A stretch of 64,000 bases of DNA from an uncultured delta proteobacterium (GTDB taxonomy: Bacteria; Desulfobacterota; Binatia; UBA9968): positions 1 to 64,000 of the forward strand of contig CAVWLW010000073.1 in the NCBI GenBank assembly GCA_963755715.1. The letters run 5' to 3'. Numbering within the stretch: the stretch's first letter is position 1; the number at the start of each line of letters is the position of its first letter. Shown here in pieces: positions 1 to 10,158 of the stretch. Position numbers and translations under genes: made by a program. Below the pieces are notes generated by a model. The model saw nothing but the letters and a program-made list of their open reading frames with translations. It made no database searches and had not been told where the DNA came from.

Positions 1-37
1 CTTTCCGCACTCCGCGCTGCGAATATAAAAATCGCGG

Positions 38-64
38 GTTACGCAAAAATGAATCTCACGTTAA
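38..64 (-). promoter_or_regulatory. Pho-box-like array (3 x 11-bp repeats) for a gene left of the window
   Basis: Minus strand TTAAC-gtgaga-TTCAT-ttttgc-GTAAC, then 10 nt and TATATT (27-22). Confidence 0.7.
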
Positions 65-102
65 CACTGCGCAGCGCGGCAGGTGTACTAAATGATCGGC
101 GC

Positions 103-276
103 CTACTTTACTCGCGGCGGAAGATCTGTTCTGGAATCGGCCGCAGCTCGAACCAGCCCGCTGTTTACGAAAGATTCGCGTTCAGCGCTGCTCAGCTGCA
201 AGACCATCACCAGAAATAAACTTGGAAATAACAGGGAGAAAAAAAGCCAGCCGAGCACTTTGAGGTAGTCCTTCAT
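103..276 (-). CDS. Small membrane protein (57 aa, one TM segment)
   Basis: GGAGG SD before ATG at 276; MKDYLKVLGWLFFSLLFPSLFLVMVLQL hydrophobic helix. Confidence 0.5.
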   Translation of the reverse strand: MKDYLKVLGWLFFSLLFPSLFLVMVLQLSSAERESFVNSGLVRAAADSRTDLPPRVK

Positions 277-341
277 CTTCAGACCCTCCGATAGCATTTG
301 AACTCGTGCCGCTTGCGTAACTTCAATCAGCGAAAAATCCA

Positions 342-375
342 GGGGAGCCGCCCGAAACGAACGGCTCCCCGTCAA
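342..375 (-). repeat. GGGGAGCCG...CGGCTCCCC hairpin, copy 1 (terminator or cis-RNA)
   Basis: Minus strand TTGACGGGGAGCCGTTCGTTTCGGGCGGCTCCCC; near-identical copy at 2879-2916. Confidence 0.7.
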
Positions 376-414
376 TCCAACATTCGCGATCTTTAGCGTC
401 GCAGATAACCCGCG

Positions 415-2665
415 CTATTGCGCGCAGGACACCGGGTTGGCGGCGCAACTGCTCACCTCTTCGAGCAACGCTTGAGCTTGATTGACCAACTGCCTTCCGC
501 GAACTTCATCAAAGACCTGGTCATTGAAGGCCGCCCCGTCGAGCATCGCTTTCATGTCTTGCGCGATCGCGTCACGCTGGTCGGTCCAGCTCACAATCTT
601 ATTTGTGAGCGCAACGTAAACGGCGTCATTTGTAGAGTCTCCGCTTTTAAGCGCGGCGGTGGAAACCTTCAGGCTGTCCATACCGAGCTGACCGAAAGGC
701 GCGTTGATTTGTTTATAAATATTGGCGAATTCCCCCAGGGTCTGGGCGTGGCCGCGCAAACGGACGGGCTGGACATTCTTATCAACAGCTTCGGTCAACA
801 CGCGGCCGTCGTGAATGTAGCTATCCTGCAGTCCAAGAAGAGAAAGCATCGTCGGACGAACATCAGTGTGGTCGGACCAAGTGCTGTCGTCTTGGCCGCC
901 GGTGCTTACCCCCGGCCCGACCAGTCCTAGCCAGATGGTGGCTATCTCAGGCTGAATTCCGCCGTGGTTCCACGCAAACGTGGACGTCGGCGGGGTCGTC
1001 GGCACGGTGATGCAGGGCGAGGTGCAGTTCGCCGCGCCGGTAAAAAGGAAGTAATCCGGCTGGGCAAACATCGCGAGCGTCGGCGTTCGCTGTGGGTCGG
1101 CGGTGACCATGTGTAAGAGGTCCATTGCCACCGGGTCGGCAAGGGCGGCGGTCATAGTATCCGTCTGGCCCGTGTAGGGGTTGACTGCCGTGAGCTTGGA
1201 GACGGCGCGGCCGAACGCACGTGCGATGGAGCTTGTTGGTGACGGGTTGCCGGTGACGTAGATCGTCGGCGCCATGTCTGCATGAACAGTGAAAGGCGTT
1301 GTGATCCCTTGCTGGGTCGCCAGCAAGCCCGTTAAATTCCCGTTGACCTCGCCAACGAGGCTGTACGTGCACGGAGTTTTCACGCCATCACAATTAGGAT
1401 TTGTCGGCTGCGAGCCGACAAAATGGTCGCCTTCCTCGACGGTAAAAACAAAGAGCGTGTTGCTCTTGTTGATCCCGTGGGCCGCCAGCCGATCGAAGAA
1501 CTTGCCGAACGCCTCGTCATAATTTTTCAACTGCTGAACATAGTCCGCTTCACCAGGACCACGGGTCGCATGGATTTCGCCCGCGATACCGTGCTGGTCG
1601 TGCGCGTCCGAGATGTAGCCGAACGTGACCGGAATCCCAGCCTCCTGCATCTGCGCGATGTAGGCGAGTGTGGTGCTCGCGAACAGCCCATCGAACCCCG
1701 GAAAGCCCGGCTGGTTGAATTGGTCGGTGATCGGCTGGCCATTGAGATTGTTCACCGCCGTGCTGCCGCTGTGATGGCGGGATTCACGTATTTCCCTCCG
1801 AACAGGCCGAGGTGGCCGTTGTAGCCGCCCGGTTCGTCGGGCAAGAGGTCGGGCCGCGCGCGCGCATTGCCAGCGCAGATGCCGCCGCCCTTGCCGCAAT
1901 GGATCGCGAGGCCGACAAAGTCCGTCTGAGCAAGGTTTCGAGCCGCAGTGTTCGCCGCCGCTGCATTCGATGCCAGCGCTTCGGTGAATTCTGGCGAGCC
2001 TGCGCCAAAAACCTTTGTAATATCTCCAGTCGGGCCCGTGCTGGTATTCTCGAGAACGATGTTCGCCAGCGCCACCGCGCCGAAATCACAGCCGGCACGC
2101 GTATACGGCACCCAAGGCGCGGGTGCGTTCTTGGGCGTGCCGCTGTCCGCGTTCACCATGTTCGGGAGAGGATCGGCCGGAGGCGTTCCCGTATCGTCGA
2201 CCAGATCGGTCCAATACTTGAACGAAGAAGACGAAAGCGTGGTTCCGTCCGGCTTGAAATAACGGTACGAGTTGGCGACGGATTGCCCGTGCCGGTCTGA
2301 ATACATTCCAGTGAGGTTAGTCAAGATACCGTTAGCCGTGTGTGAGATAAGGACCGTGTGATTATTTGTCAACAGCGAGCCGTTGCCTCGAATAAAGTTG
2401 AGCAGATTCGGCATCTGCTCGAGATCCGATGGCACGTTCGGGTTGTCGCGCAGGAAATGCAGTTATCAAAGATGAGGAAGATGACGTGCTCAATGTTACC
2501 TTTCTCCGAGTTGAGCCGGCAGGCGCTGCTTGAAGCCTTCTTGCCGGGTTGAGCCGCCAAGCTCACTTCACCGGTTAAAACCACCATAGCGACGACGGAA
2601 AGAAAAATCTTGAGAAAATGAAAAAGATCCCTGTGCTTAATCATGCCGAAAAGTCGTGTTTGCAT
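415..2665 (-). CDS. Secreted alkaline-phosphatase-superfamily protein, split by two frameshifts (~2460, ~1755)
   Basis: AGGAGG SD, signal peptide, HVIFLIFDN start motif, SHTA, EEGDH, WNHGG, DHTDVRPTMLSLLGL...DGRVL; ORFs 2369-2665, 1752-2435 and 415-1899 join in sequence. Confidence 0.75.
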
Positions 2666-2732
2666 TGTCTTGCCTCCTGTTGGAATACTCGTCGTTGTCG
2701 ACGATGATATCGGACAAAAGAATCAACTCCCG

Positions 2733-2822
2733 TCAGCCGTAAACACTCACGACGACGGTGCCGAGGATTTCGAATAGGACACAAAGAAACAGCCACATGA
2801 TGAGCGGTATGTTTTCCCGCAA
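2733..2822 (-). CDS. Small hydrophobic ORF, 29 aa (MRENIPLIMWLFLCVLFEILGTVVVSVYG), below the ORF-track size range
   Basis: AGGGAGGT SD 6 nt before TTG start; single TM-like stretch; TGA at 2735-2733. Confidence 0.5.
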   Translation of the reverse strand: MRENIPLIMWLFLCVLFEILGTVVVSVYG

Positions 2823-2878
2823 GAAACCACCTCCCTTTTGTTTTGCCTCTCAAATGTCACCGCTCCCCCGAAGCCAGG

Positions 2879-2916
2879 TGGGGAGCCGTCCGAGACGAAA
2901 GACGGCTCCCCGGTCA
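2879..2916 (-). repeat. GGGGAGCCG...CGGCTCCCC hairpin, copy 2, in the leader downstream of a Pho promoter
   Basis: Minus strand TTGACCGGGGAGCCGTCTTTCGTCTCGGACGGCTCCCC. Confidence 0.7.
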
Positions 2917-2955
2917 ACGCGGGACGCGGAGTTGGACGCACGATAAGCGCATATT

Positions 2956-2993
2956 GTTACCATTGGGTCACCGCCAAATGATCTTTTGATGAA
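2956..2993 (-). promoter_or_regulatory. Pho-box-like array (4 repeats) upstream of the sORF and phosphatase
   Basis: TTCAT-N6-ATCAT-N6-GTGAC-N6-GTAAC, then 10 nt and TATCGT. Confidence 0.7.
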
Positions 2994-3009
2994 CCGGCCT
3001 CAGGCACCG

Positions 3010-3297
3010 CTATTTCCCGCCGTTGGCCAACGGCTGATCCAGCTCGATAATGATGAACTCGTTGTCATCAGGTTTGCCTGAACCGGCGTGTCGTCCGACA
3101 CTGAATGGGAAATTATTGTCGTCATGACACCGATGTGTTTGTGATCGAAGACGACAACATCTTCGATGTGTTAAATCGGAACCTGCGAAATGAAATCCCG
3201 TGCCCACGTCGCCAGCCAGCACGGGCTCCGAAAGCCGGTGCGTATCTTTAATATTCATGAGATCGACGAAGCCGATGAAAAATCTTACTCGTTTCAA
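3010..3297 (-). pseudogene. Internally deleted remnant of a phytase-like esterase (PF13449-type) gene
   Basis: N-terminal MKRVRFFIGF joined to a C-terminal tail; alternate frame gives IEDVVVFDHKHIGVM then DNNFPFSVGRHAGSGKPDDNEFIIIEL, the typical NDNNFPFSxGR..PDDNEFI ending. Confidence 0.65.
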
Positions 3298-3358
3298 ACA
3301 TATTCGTTCCTCCCGTTGAAAAAGATTTTGTGAAACGGATCGAAACTACGGCGAAAAT

Positions 3359-3407
3359 ATTAACGAGAGATGACGGTGGGTAAACTTAACAATGAATATC
3401 TAGTGAC
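3359..3407 (-). promoter_or_regulatory. Pho-box-like array (5 repeats)
   Basis: GTCAC-N6-TTCAT-N6-GTTTA-N6-GTCAT-N6-TTAAT, then 10 nt and TAGTTT. Confidence 0.7.
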
Positions 3408-3500
3408 GGGACGAAGAAGTTGCTATTCGGCAAACGAGAAACAATGAGCGATTAATTCTAATCGACACGTCGAAGGGAATTGCGAGGCTTAAGGGATCGG

Positions 3501-5580
3501 TTAAGCCGACAAGAGAATGGTTGGTCCGTCAGACGACGAAGCAACGACTTGGTAAAGCCGCTCCTGGGAGCGCAGCGGAGTGCCGTCAGTTGTTCGCGCG
3601 CGCAGGTAATTTCCATCGGATTGCATCCACCAACCCTTCACGTTGTCGGCCAGCTGAGTTTCGAGAATCTCTTTTAGTCGGTTTTGCAGCGCCGGCTCGA
3701 TAATCGGAAACGCAATCTCCACGCGCCGGTCGAAATTACGCTGCATCCAGTCAGCGGAGGCGAGCAAATAAACTGGCTCGCCGCCATTTTGAAAGTAGAA
3801 AACGCGCGCGTGCTCGAGATATCGATCGACAATGGAAAGCACGCGGATGCGCTCCGAGATGCCGGCGACGCCCGGCCGCAGGCTGCACATGCCGCGCACC
3901 AACAGATCGATTTGCACGCCGGCTTGGCTCGCCCGATAAAGCTCCTCGATCACTTCGGGATCGATCAGACTGTTCACCTTAACGATCACGCGCGCCGGGC
4001 GCCCGGCGCGGGCATGGTCCGCTTCTTTGCGGATTTGCGCAAGAAAATAATCTCTCAAGCCAACCGGCGCGAGCAGCAAATGATTGAATTTCTGCGGCCG
4101 CGTGTAACCGGTGAGTAAATTGAAAAGTTCGGTCAGATCTTCGCCAAAAGTTTTCCGGCACGTAAACAGGCCGAGGTCGCTATAGACACCGGCCGTGCGC
4201 GCGTTATAGTTGCCGGTAGCGAGGTGACAATAGCGGCGAATGCCGTCGACTTCCTGACGCACGATCAAACACACTTTGCAGTGAGTCTTATAACCGACTA
4301 ATCCGTACACCACGTGGGCCCCGACTTTTTCCAAGGCGCGCGCCCAGGTGATGTTGGCTTCCTCGTCGAAACGCGCCTGTAGCTCGACCAAAACTGAAAC
4401 TTCTTTGCCTGCTTCGGCCGCACGCGCCAACGCTTGCACGATGGGCGAAGCCGGACTGACGCGATAGAGCGTCATCTTGATCGCCAAGACCTTCGGATCC
4501 TTCGCTGCTTCTTCGACAAAGCGGGTCACCGCATCGAAGGTCTGGTAGGGATGAAATACCATGACGTCGCCGCTGCGTATGGCGCTCCAGATGTCCGGCG
4601 CGCGCTCGAGCGCGGAGATAGCGAGCGGGCTTTGCGGCCGGTCTTTCAAGCGCGGCGCGTTGATCGCGGCGTAGAGCTGAAACAGATCGGTAAACGCGGT
4701 AAATCCCGTGCCGGGGTAGAGATCTTCGACGCCGAGCTCGAGCTCTTCGACCAATTGCCCGACAATTTCTTTGGGCAACTCGGGATCGTATTGAAGCCGG
4801 ACCGCGTCGCCCATGCGCCGCTCGCGGATTCCTTGCTCGATCGTCGCCAGTAGATCCTCGTCGCGCCGCAGTATGCCGAAATCGGCGTCGCGCGTCACCC
4901 GAATCGCGTGACAAGAGATAATCTCAAAGCCGTGATAGAGCCGCGACAAATAATGGTGCAAGACGTCCTCCAACAGCATGAAGGCGTACTGGCCGTCGCG
5001 GCTTGGCAGCGGAATAAATCGCGGCGCCACTTGCGTCGGGATATGGACAATCGACAGATCCGTGTGCGGCAGGCGCGAGGCGATCCGTGTGCCGAGAGAA
5101 ACGACCAGGCAAAGTGAGCGATTCGCCAGATAGGGAAACGGATGTCCCGGATCGATGGCCAGCGGCGTGACGATCGGATACAAAGTGCGATGAAAATATT
5201 CTTCGAGAAATCGTTCCTGCTCACCGCTCATCTCTTCCGGCCGAACCAGATGAATCTCTTCGGCCGACAATTGCGACATAATGGTGTTGAGAAAACAGAG
5301 ATGTTGCTCTTCGGCAAGTTCATGAACCCGCTTCGAGATCGCGCTGAGCGTCTCTGCGTGAGTCCAGCCGTCCGGGCCGACGCTCAGGTCGCCGGCAAGG
5401 ATCAAGCGCTTGAGCCGCGCTACCCGCACCATAAAAAATTCATCTAAATTGGAACTAAAAATTGCCAGGAACTTGACCCGTTCCAGCACCGGCACGCTCT
5501 CTTGCTTCGCTTCTTCGAGCACGCGGCGATTGAATTCTAACCAGGATAACTCGCGGTTGATATAAGTAGTGGCGTCCATG
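3501..5580 (-). CDS. ppk1: Polyphosphate kinase 1
   Basis: YINRELSWLEFNRRVL, SNLDEFFMVRVA, ARFDEEANI, THCK phospho-His, RYLEHARV; start reassigned to MDATTY at 5580. Confidence 0.97.
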
Positions 5581-5681
5581 GGTTTGTGCTTTCTATGCGA
5601 AACTTTGAGGAGTATCGCGGAACTCTGCAGACGCATCCGTGCCATAAAGCCAAGCGTTTTAGGTGCGCCTGGAAGCCTAGT

Positions 5682-5708
5682 GTTACAAAAATGTGAACTT
5701 CTCGTTAA
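5682..5708 (-). promoter_or_regulatory. Pho-box-like array upstream of ppk1
   Basis: TTAAC-gagaag-TTCAC-attttt-GTAAC. Confidence 0.7.
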
Positions 5709-5880
5709 ATCGCTCACGTGAATGGAATTGTCGTAGCCCCTAAGGAAGGAAAAAAATTGCTCACTCTTTTTGGTTTCCGCAGCCCGCCGTGGTCGCGAAC
5801 GGCGCGCATCAGAGCGTCGCGCAGTGTGTCTGAGGCGCCAACAGCCGCTGTCCGATCAAGTGTGCGCTATCGAGAATTGA

Positions 5881-7062
5881 TCATACGCCAGTGCGCCAAT
5901 TCAACTCCGTTTCTTCGCTCGCCGGATGCGTCGGTTTGGCGATTGGCCTTCCCGTCGCGTCACCGTTAACTCCGTTCAAGCCAACGGTGCGGCCGGGAAA
6001 TCCAGCGGCATCGAAATACAGGTGATCGCCCACGACCTGCAATCGGAGCAGAGTCTGAAGTCCGTTGCCTGCTGGTGGCGAGAGCCGCGTCAAGTGTTTC
6101 ACCTGGGGCAAATCGTTCGCGCCGGTCTTGATTGTTTCGGACAGAACGCGGCCCACGAGATCGCCCTTTTTGGCCAGTTTTAAACCGAGAATATGCGCTG
6201 CGGTCATGCCGATATCGGCGTTGCTCGCCGGGGCCGGATCGACGAATCTGGAGCGAAAGCTCGGGCCAATGGCGGCCATAAAATTGCTCGTGTCGGCGCG
6301 GCTAAAACTACCGTGCATGCCTTGCCCCTGTTGCAGCGTGTGATCGGCCACGGTGACGCCGCACATCAAAGGCTCGCCGCAACCCGCCACAAAGGAACGA
6401 AAATTGATCACAATGGCGGGCAGTGGTGTGACTGCCGATCCTTTGAAATTGATCGCGCTCAGGGGCAAAGTTCCGGCGATGCTGCCAAGCGCATCATCGA
6501 CAAACAAGCCGCTGACGTAATCTTGACCGAGCAACATGTCGACAATTTTTACGACCAATTCTTTGGCATTCGCCTTGGGTAGATAAACCAGATCCGCTCC
6601 ACCATTGGCGGTGACCACGACGTCGGGTGAAATTGGATCAGGACCGATGAGACCGTTCGCTTTGCTCGAATGCTGGCCGGCGGTGAACTCGACCGGCGCA
6701 GACTTCGCGTCAGGATCGAAGAGGCGCATATCGAGCGCTTTCGCGATGTCGATGGCGACAAACCCCGGTGGCAACTGGCCGGGCGGAACATCTTTGTAAT
6801 TGATTTTCGATGCCGCGCTAGTTTGGCTGTCTTTGGAAATCGTGGAAAAGCCATGATCGGCGCTGACGATCACATCAGTCGTCGCGTCGAGCCCGAGTGC
6901 TTTTAATGTATCTAGAATTGCGGCCAAGTTATCATCGGCATTTTTGACGGCGGCTTGAGACGTCGGACCGTTGATACCCGGCACAAGCTGATTCAAGCTA
7001 TCGCCCTGGTTAGGTTGCGTGCCGTCCGGATCGCGCGACCAGAATACCAGCACGAACGGCTT
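5881..7062 (-). pseudogene. 5'-truncated alkaline phosphatase/nucleotide pyrophosphatase (NPP) family gene
   Basis: KPFVLVFWSRDPDGTQPNQGD, SADHGFST, GQGMHGSFSRAD motifs; signal peptide and N-terminal catalytic part absent, and the divergent gene starts at 7209. Confidence 0.75.
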
Positions 7063-7208
7063 CGCGAGTGCAAAACAGGCCGCGCGAAAAATCCGGTTCC
7101 GAGCAGAGAGAAAAATTCGCCAGCTTCACAGCCATCGCGTTGACGCTGGGATTTTCCTGGCATAGTTTCAGTTTCTGTTACGCGATCCCACGATCAGGAG
7201 ACATAAAC

Positions 7209-8078
7209 ATGCAAACCGACCGCTACGATTATTCGCCGATCATTCGCCGCCGGCCGTTTAGGTGGCCGAAGGGCGCGCGAGTCGCCCTGATGGTTGCGCC
7301 GAATATCGAATTTTTCCATATCGACAAAGTCATCCCCGGCGCGCCGAGCACGCAACTCCCCGACGTGACCGGCTATGCGCTGCGTGACTACGGCTCGCGC
7401 ATCGGCGTGTTTCGCATGATGGAAGTGCTCGACAAGCACGGCATTCGTGCCACGGTGCTGCTCAATGCCGACGTGTGCGCGCATCATCCGGCGATCATCG
7501 AAGAAGGCAATAAGCGCCAATGGGAGTGGCTCGGCCACGGCGTGACCAATAATCTGCGTATGAATCAATACCCCGCCGAAGAAGAGCGCTCGGTGATACG
7601 CCAAATACGCGAGACCATCGCCGCCGCGACCGGCACAGCGCCACGCGGTTGGCTCGGCCCGGGCGGCGGCGATGAGAGCCCGAACACGTTGGACCATTTA
7701 GCCGCGGAAGGTTTCGATTACGTTTGCGACTGGGGCTTTGACGATCAGCCTTGCGCCATGCGGGTAAAGTCGGGCCGCATGATCGCGATTCCTTACCAGC
7801 AAGGGCTCAATGACATTCGCGTGATTTTTCAGGGCGGCCACACGCCAAAGGATTGGTTGCAAATGGTGTGCGATCAGTTCGATACGTTGTATGCCGAAGG
7901 CACGACGCAGGGACGGGTAATGACGATACCGCTCCATCCATTTGTCATCGGTTTGGCGTTCCGCATTAAATATCTCGACCAGGCGCTTCAATACATTTGC
8001 GCGCACGACGGCGTATGGAAAGCGACGGGTGCCGAGATCGCCGATTATTATTATGCCAACTACGATCAGAAAGCGTGA
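7209..8078 (+). CDS. Polysaccharide deacetylase family protein (PuuE/allantoinase-like)
   Basis: YDYSPIIRRRPFRWP, DYGSRIGVFR, WLGHG, GWLGPG, PLHPFVIG; AGGAG SD. Confidence 0.85.
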   Translation: MQTDRYDYSPIIRRRPFRWPKGARVALMVAPNIEFFHIDKVIPGAPSTQLPDVTGYALRDYGSRIGVFRMMEVLDKHGIRATVLLNADVCAHHPAIIEEGNKRQWEWLGHGVTNNLRMNQYPAEEERSVIRQIRETIAAATGTAPRGWLGPGGGDESPNTLDHLAAEGFDYVCDWGFDDQPCAMRVKSGRMIAIPYQQGLNDIRVIFQGGHTPKDWLQMVCDQFDTLYAEGTTQGRVMTIPLHPFVIGLAFRIKYLDQALQYICAHDGVWKATGAEIADYYYANYDQKA

Positions 8079-8088
8079 GGACGCGAAG

Positions 8089-9078
8089 ATGAAAACCAAA
8101 CCATTCGCCTGCGGCATTTGTTTGCTGCTCCTCGGTGTATCCGCCGCAGCCGGCTTCAGCGCCGACCGGGTGGTGATCGGCAACGTGTCGCGCACGGTGG
8201 AGCAGTTGCCCAACTATGCCGCCACCGACAAAGGCTTTTTCGCGCAAGAGGGAATCCAAGGCGACGTGGTGTTGATCGGCTCCACTGACACGCTGATTCA
8301 GGCGCTCATCGCCGGGCAGGTGAACGTGGCGATCGTCGACCCGTCGGCGGCGATCAACGCGGTGGAGCGCGGCGCGGCGCTCAAGGTTATCGGCGGCACA
8401 GTGCCGGTCGCGGCCTATACGCTGGTAACCTGTCCCAAATACAAATCGATCAAAGATCTGAAAGGCACGATGATCGGCGTCGTGAGCCTGGTTTCCGGCA
8501 GCACGATTTTCTTGCGCGAGATGCTCAAGGCGGAAGGATTGGAGCTCAATCGCGATTACACGATCATTCAAAACGGCCCGACCGGCCAACGTCTCGCGAG
8601 TCTCAAGACTTGCAGCACGTCTGCGACGATGCTCCTCGGCGGCGATTTGCCGCGGTCGCGCGAGTTGGGGTTTCTGGAGATCGCGCGGCTTTCCGATTAC
8701 ATTCCCAACTTGCAATTCCATAGCCTGATCGTCGATAGCCGCTGGGCCGAGACGAACAGCCAACTGACGATCCGTTATCTCAAAGCGATGGTGCGCGCGA
8801 TGCAGTGGGCGCACGCCAACCGGGAACAAGCTGCCGAGTTGGTCAGCAAGCGTACCGGTATTCCCCTTAAATATACCCGCGCCACGGTCGACGAATATCT
8901 TTCTCAAGGCATCATCAGCCGCGACGGCTCGGTCAATCGCGAGGGCTTTCAACGCTTGATCGATTTGATGGGAGAGAGGCTATTCAAAAGCCGGCCCTAT
9001 CCCGCGCCGGAAAAATATCTCGATATGAGTTATCTGCGCCGAGCGCAGCAGGAGCTGGGAGTGACGTCGGGACGCTAA
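8089..9078 (+). CDS. ABC substrate-binding protein, NitT/TauT (SsuA-like)
   Basis: Signal peptide, DKGFFAQEGI, IKDLKG, YLDMSYL terminus. Confidence 0.85.
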   Translation: MKTKPFACGICLLLLGVSAAAGFSADRVVIGNVSRTVEQLPNYAATDKGFFAQEGIQGDVVLIGSTDTLIQALIAGQVNVAIVDPSAAINAVERGAALKVIGGTVPVAAYTLVTCPKYKSIKDLKGTMIGVVSLVSGSTIFLREMLKAEGLELNRDYTIIQNGPTGQRLASLKTCSTSATMLLGGDLPRSRELGFLEIARLSDYIPNLQFHSLIVDSRWAETNSQLTIRYLKAMVRAMQWAHANREQAAELVSKRTGIPLKYTRATVDEYLSQGIISRDGSVNREGFQRLIDLMGERLFKSRPYPAPEKYLDMSYLRRAQQELGVTSGR

Positions 9079-9131
9079 CGCAAAGTTAAATCACGGACGG
9101 TGAAAATTGGCGTGATGAAAAGAGGAAAGCA

Positions 9132-10145
9132 ATGAAGCGAATTAATAATCAAGTTTTTATTATCGTTTGCTGTTTCATGTGCTTCTCTTTGGCGGCGGCA
9201 TCGCTCTCCGAAGCCGCGGAGACGCAGCTCCGCAAGCTGCGGGTGGCGATCACGTCGCTGTCGGGATCGATGGCGGTGCCATGGCTGGCGCGCGACGCGG
9301 GCATTTTTAAAAAACACGGCTTGGAGGTCGAGGTGATCGCGACGCCGAGCGGTGTGGAGGGCATGAGCGCGCTGATCGCCGGAGAAATTACCTTTTTGCA
9401 AATCGCCGGCGCGACCACGGTGAGCGCTGCCGTCGGCGGCGCCGATGTCGTGGTGATCGGTACGACCATCGGCACGTTGGTGCAAAACCTGATGGTTCGT
9501 CCCGAGATCGAAAAATCCGAGCAACTGCGCGGCAAGTCAATCGGTATCACCCGTTTCGGCACCACCATCGACACGGGAGCGCGCATTGCGCTGCGCCATT
9601 TCGGGCTCGTGCCGGAGAAAGATGTATCGATCATACAAATCGGCGGCATGGAATCGATCGTGCCGGCGATGGCCGGCGGCCGCGTGCAAGGCGGCATCCT
9701 TTCCTATCCCGCGATCGGACAGGCCAAAAAGCTCGGCTTTCGCGAGCTGCTCGACATCGCCTCTTTGAACATGCCCTATGCATCCACGGGCATTGCAACG
9801 CGCGGCGAGGTCATTCGCAAAGAACCGGAACTCGTTCGCAAATACATGACCGCGCAGGTAGAGGCAATCGCGCGCATGAAGCGCGACCGGCCGTTTACGA
9901 TCGGCGTGATGAGCAAGTTCCTGCGCACGAATGATAACGAGCAGCTCGCCGAAGCGTACGATATCTACGCCAATAAGTATCTGCTCAAAGTGCCTCTGCC
10001 GACTGTCGAAGCGATCAGGCCGGTGCTCGAAGAGCTCGAACTGAGAAACCCGAAGGCGAAGGGCCAAGACCCGAAAAGATTTTTCGACGACCGTTTCGTG
10101 CGCGAGCTGCAAAGCAGCGGCTTTATCGATGCGCTCTACCGTTAA
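9132..10145 (+). CDS. ABC substrate-binding protein, NitT/TauT family
   Basis: Signal peptide, GIFKKHGLEVE, LRGKSIGITRFG. Confidence 0.88.
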   Translation: MKRINNQVFIIVCCFMCFSLAAASLSEAAETQLRKLRVAITSLSGSMAVPWLARDAGIFKKHGLEVEVIATPSGVEGMSALIAGEITFLQIAGATTVSAAVGGADVVVIGTTIGTLVQNLMVRPEIEKSEQLRGKSIGITRFGTTIDTGARIALRHFGLVPEKDVSIIQIGGMESIVPAMAGGRVQGGILSYPAIGQAKKLGFRELLDIASLNMPYASTGIATRGEVIRKEPELVRKYMTAQVEAIARMKRDRPFTIGVMSKFLRTNDNEQLAEAYDIYANKYLLKVPLPTVEAIRPVLEELELRNPKAKGQDPKRFFDDRFVRELQSSGFIDALYR

Positions 10146-10158
10146 GGATTGGCGCACA

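Noticed and set aside
2859-2945. Known riboswitch (for example c-di-GMP-I) in the phosphatase leader
   Set aside because: I could not match the conserved motifs of any family I recognise; kept only as an unnamed hairpin
5581-5717. N-terminal extension of ppk1 in the ORF track
   Set aside because: Overlaps the Pho-box promoter; family similarity begins at MDATTYINRE
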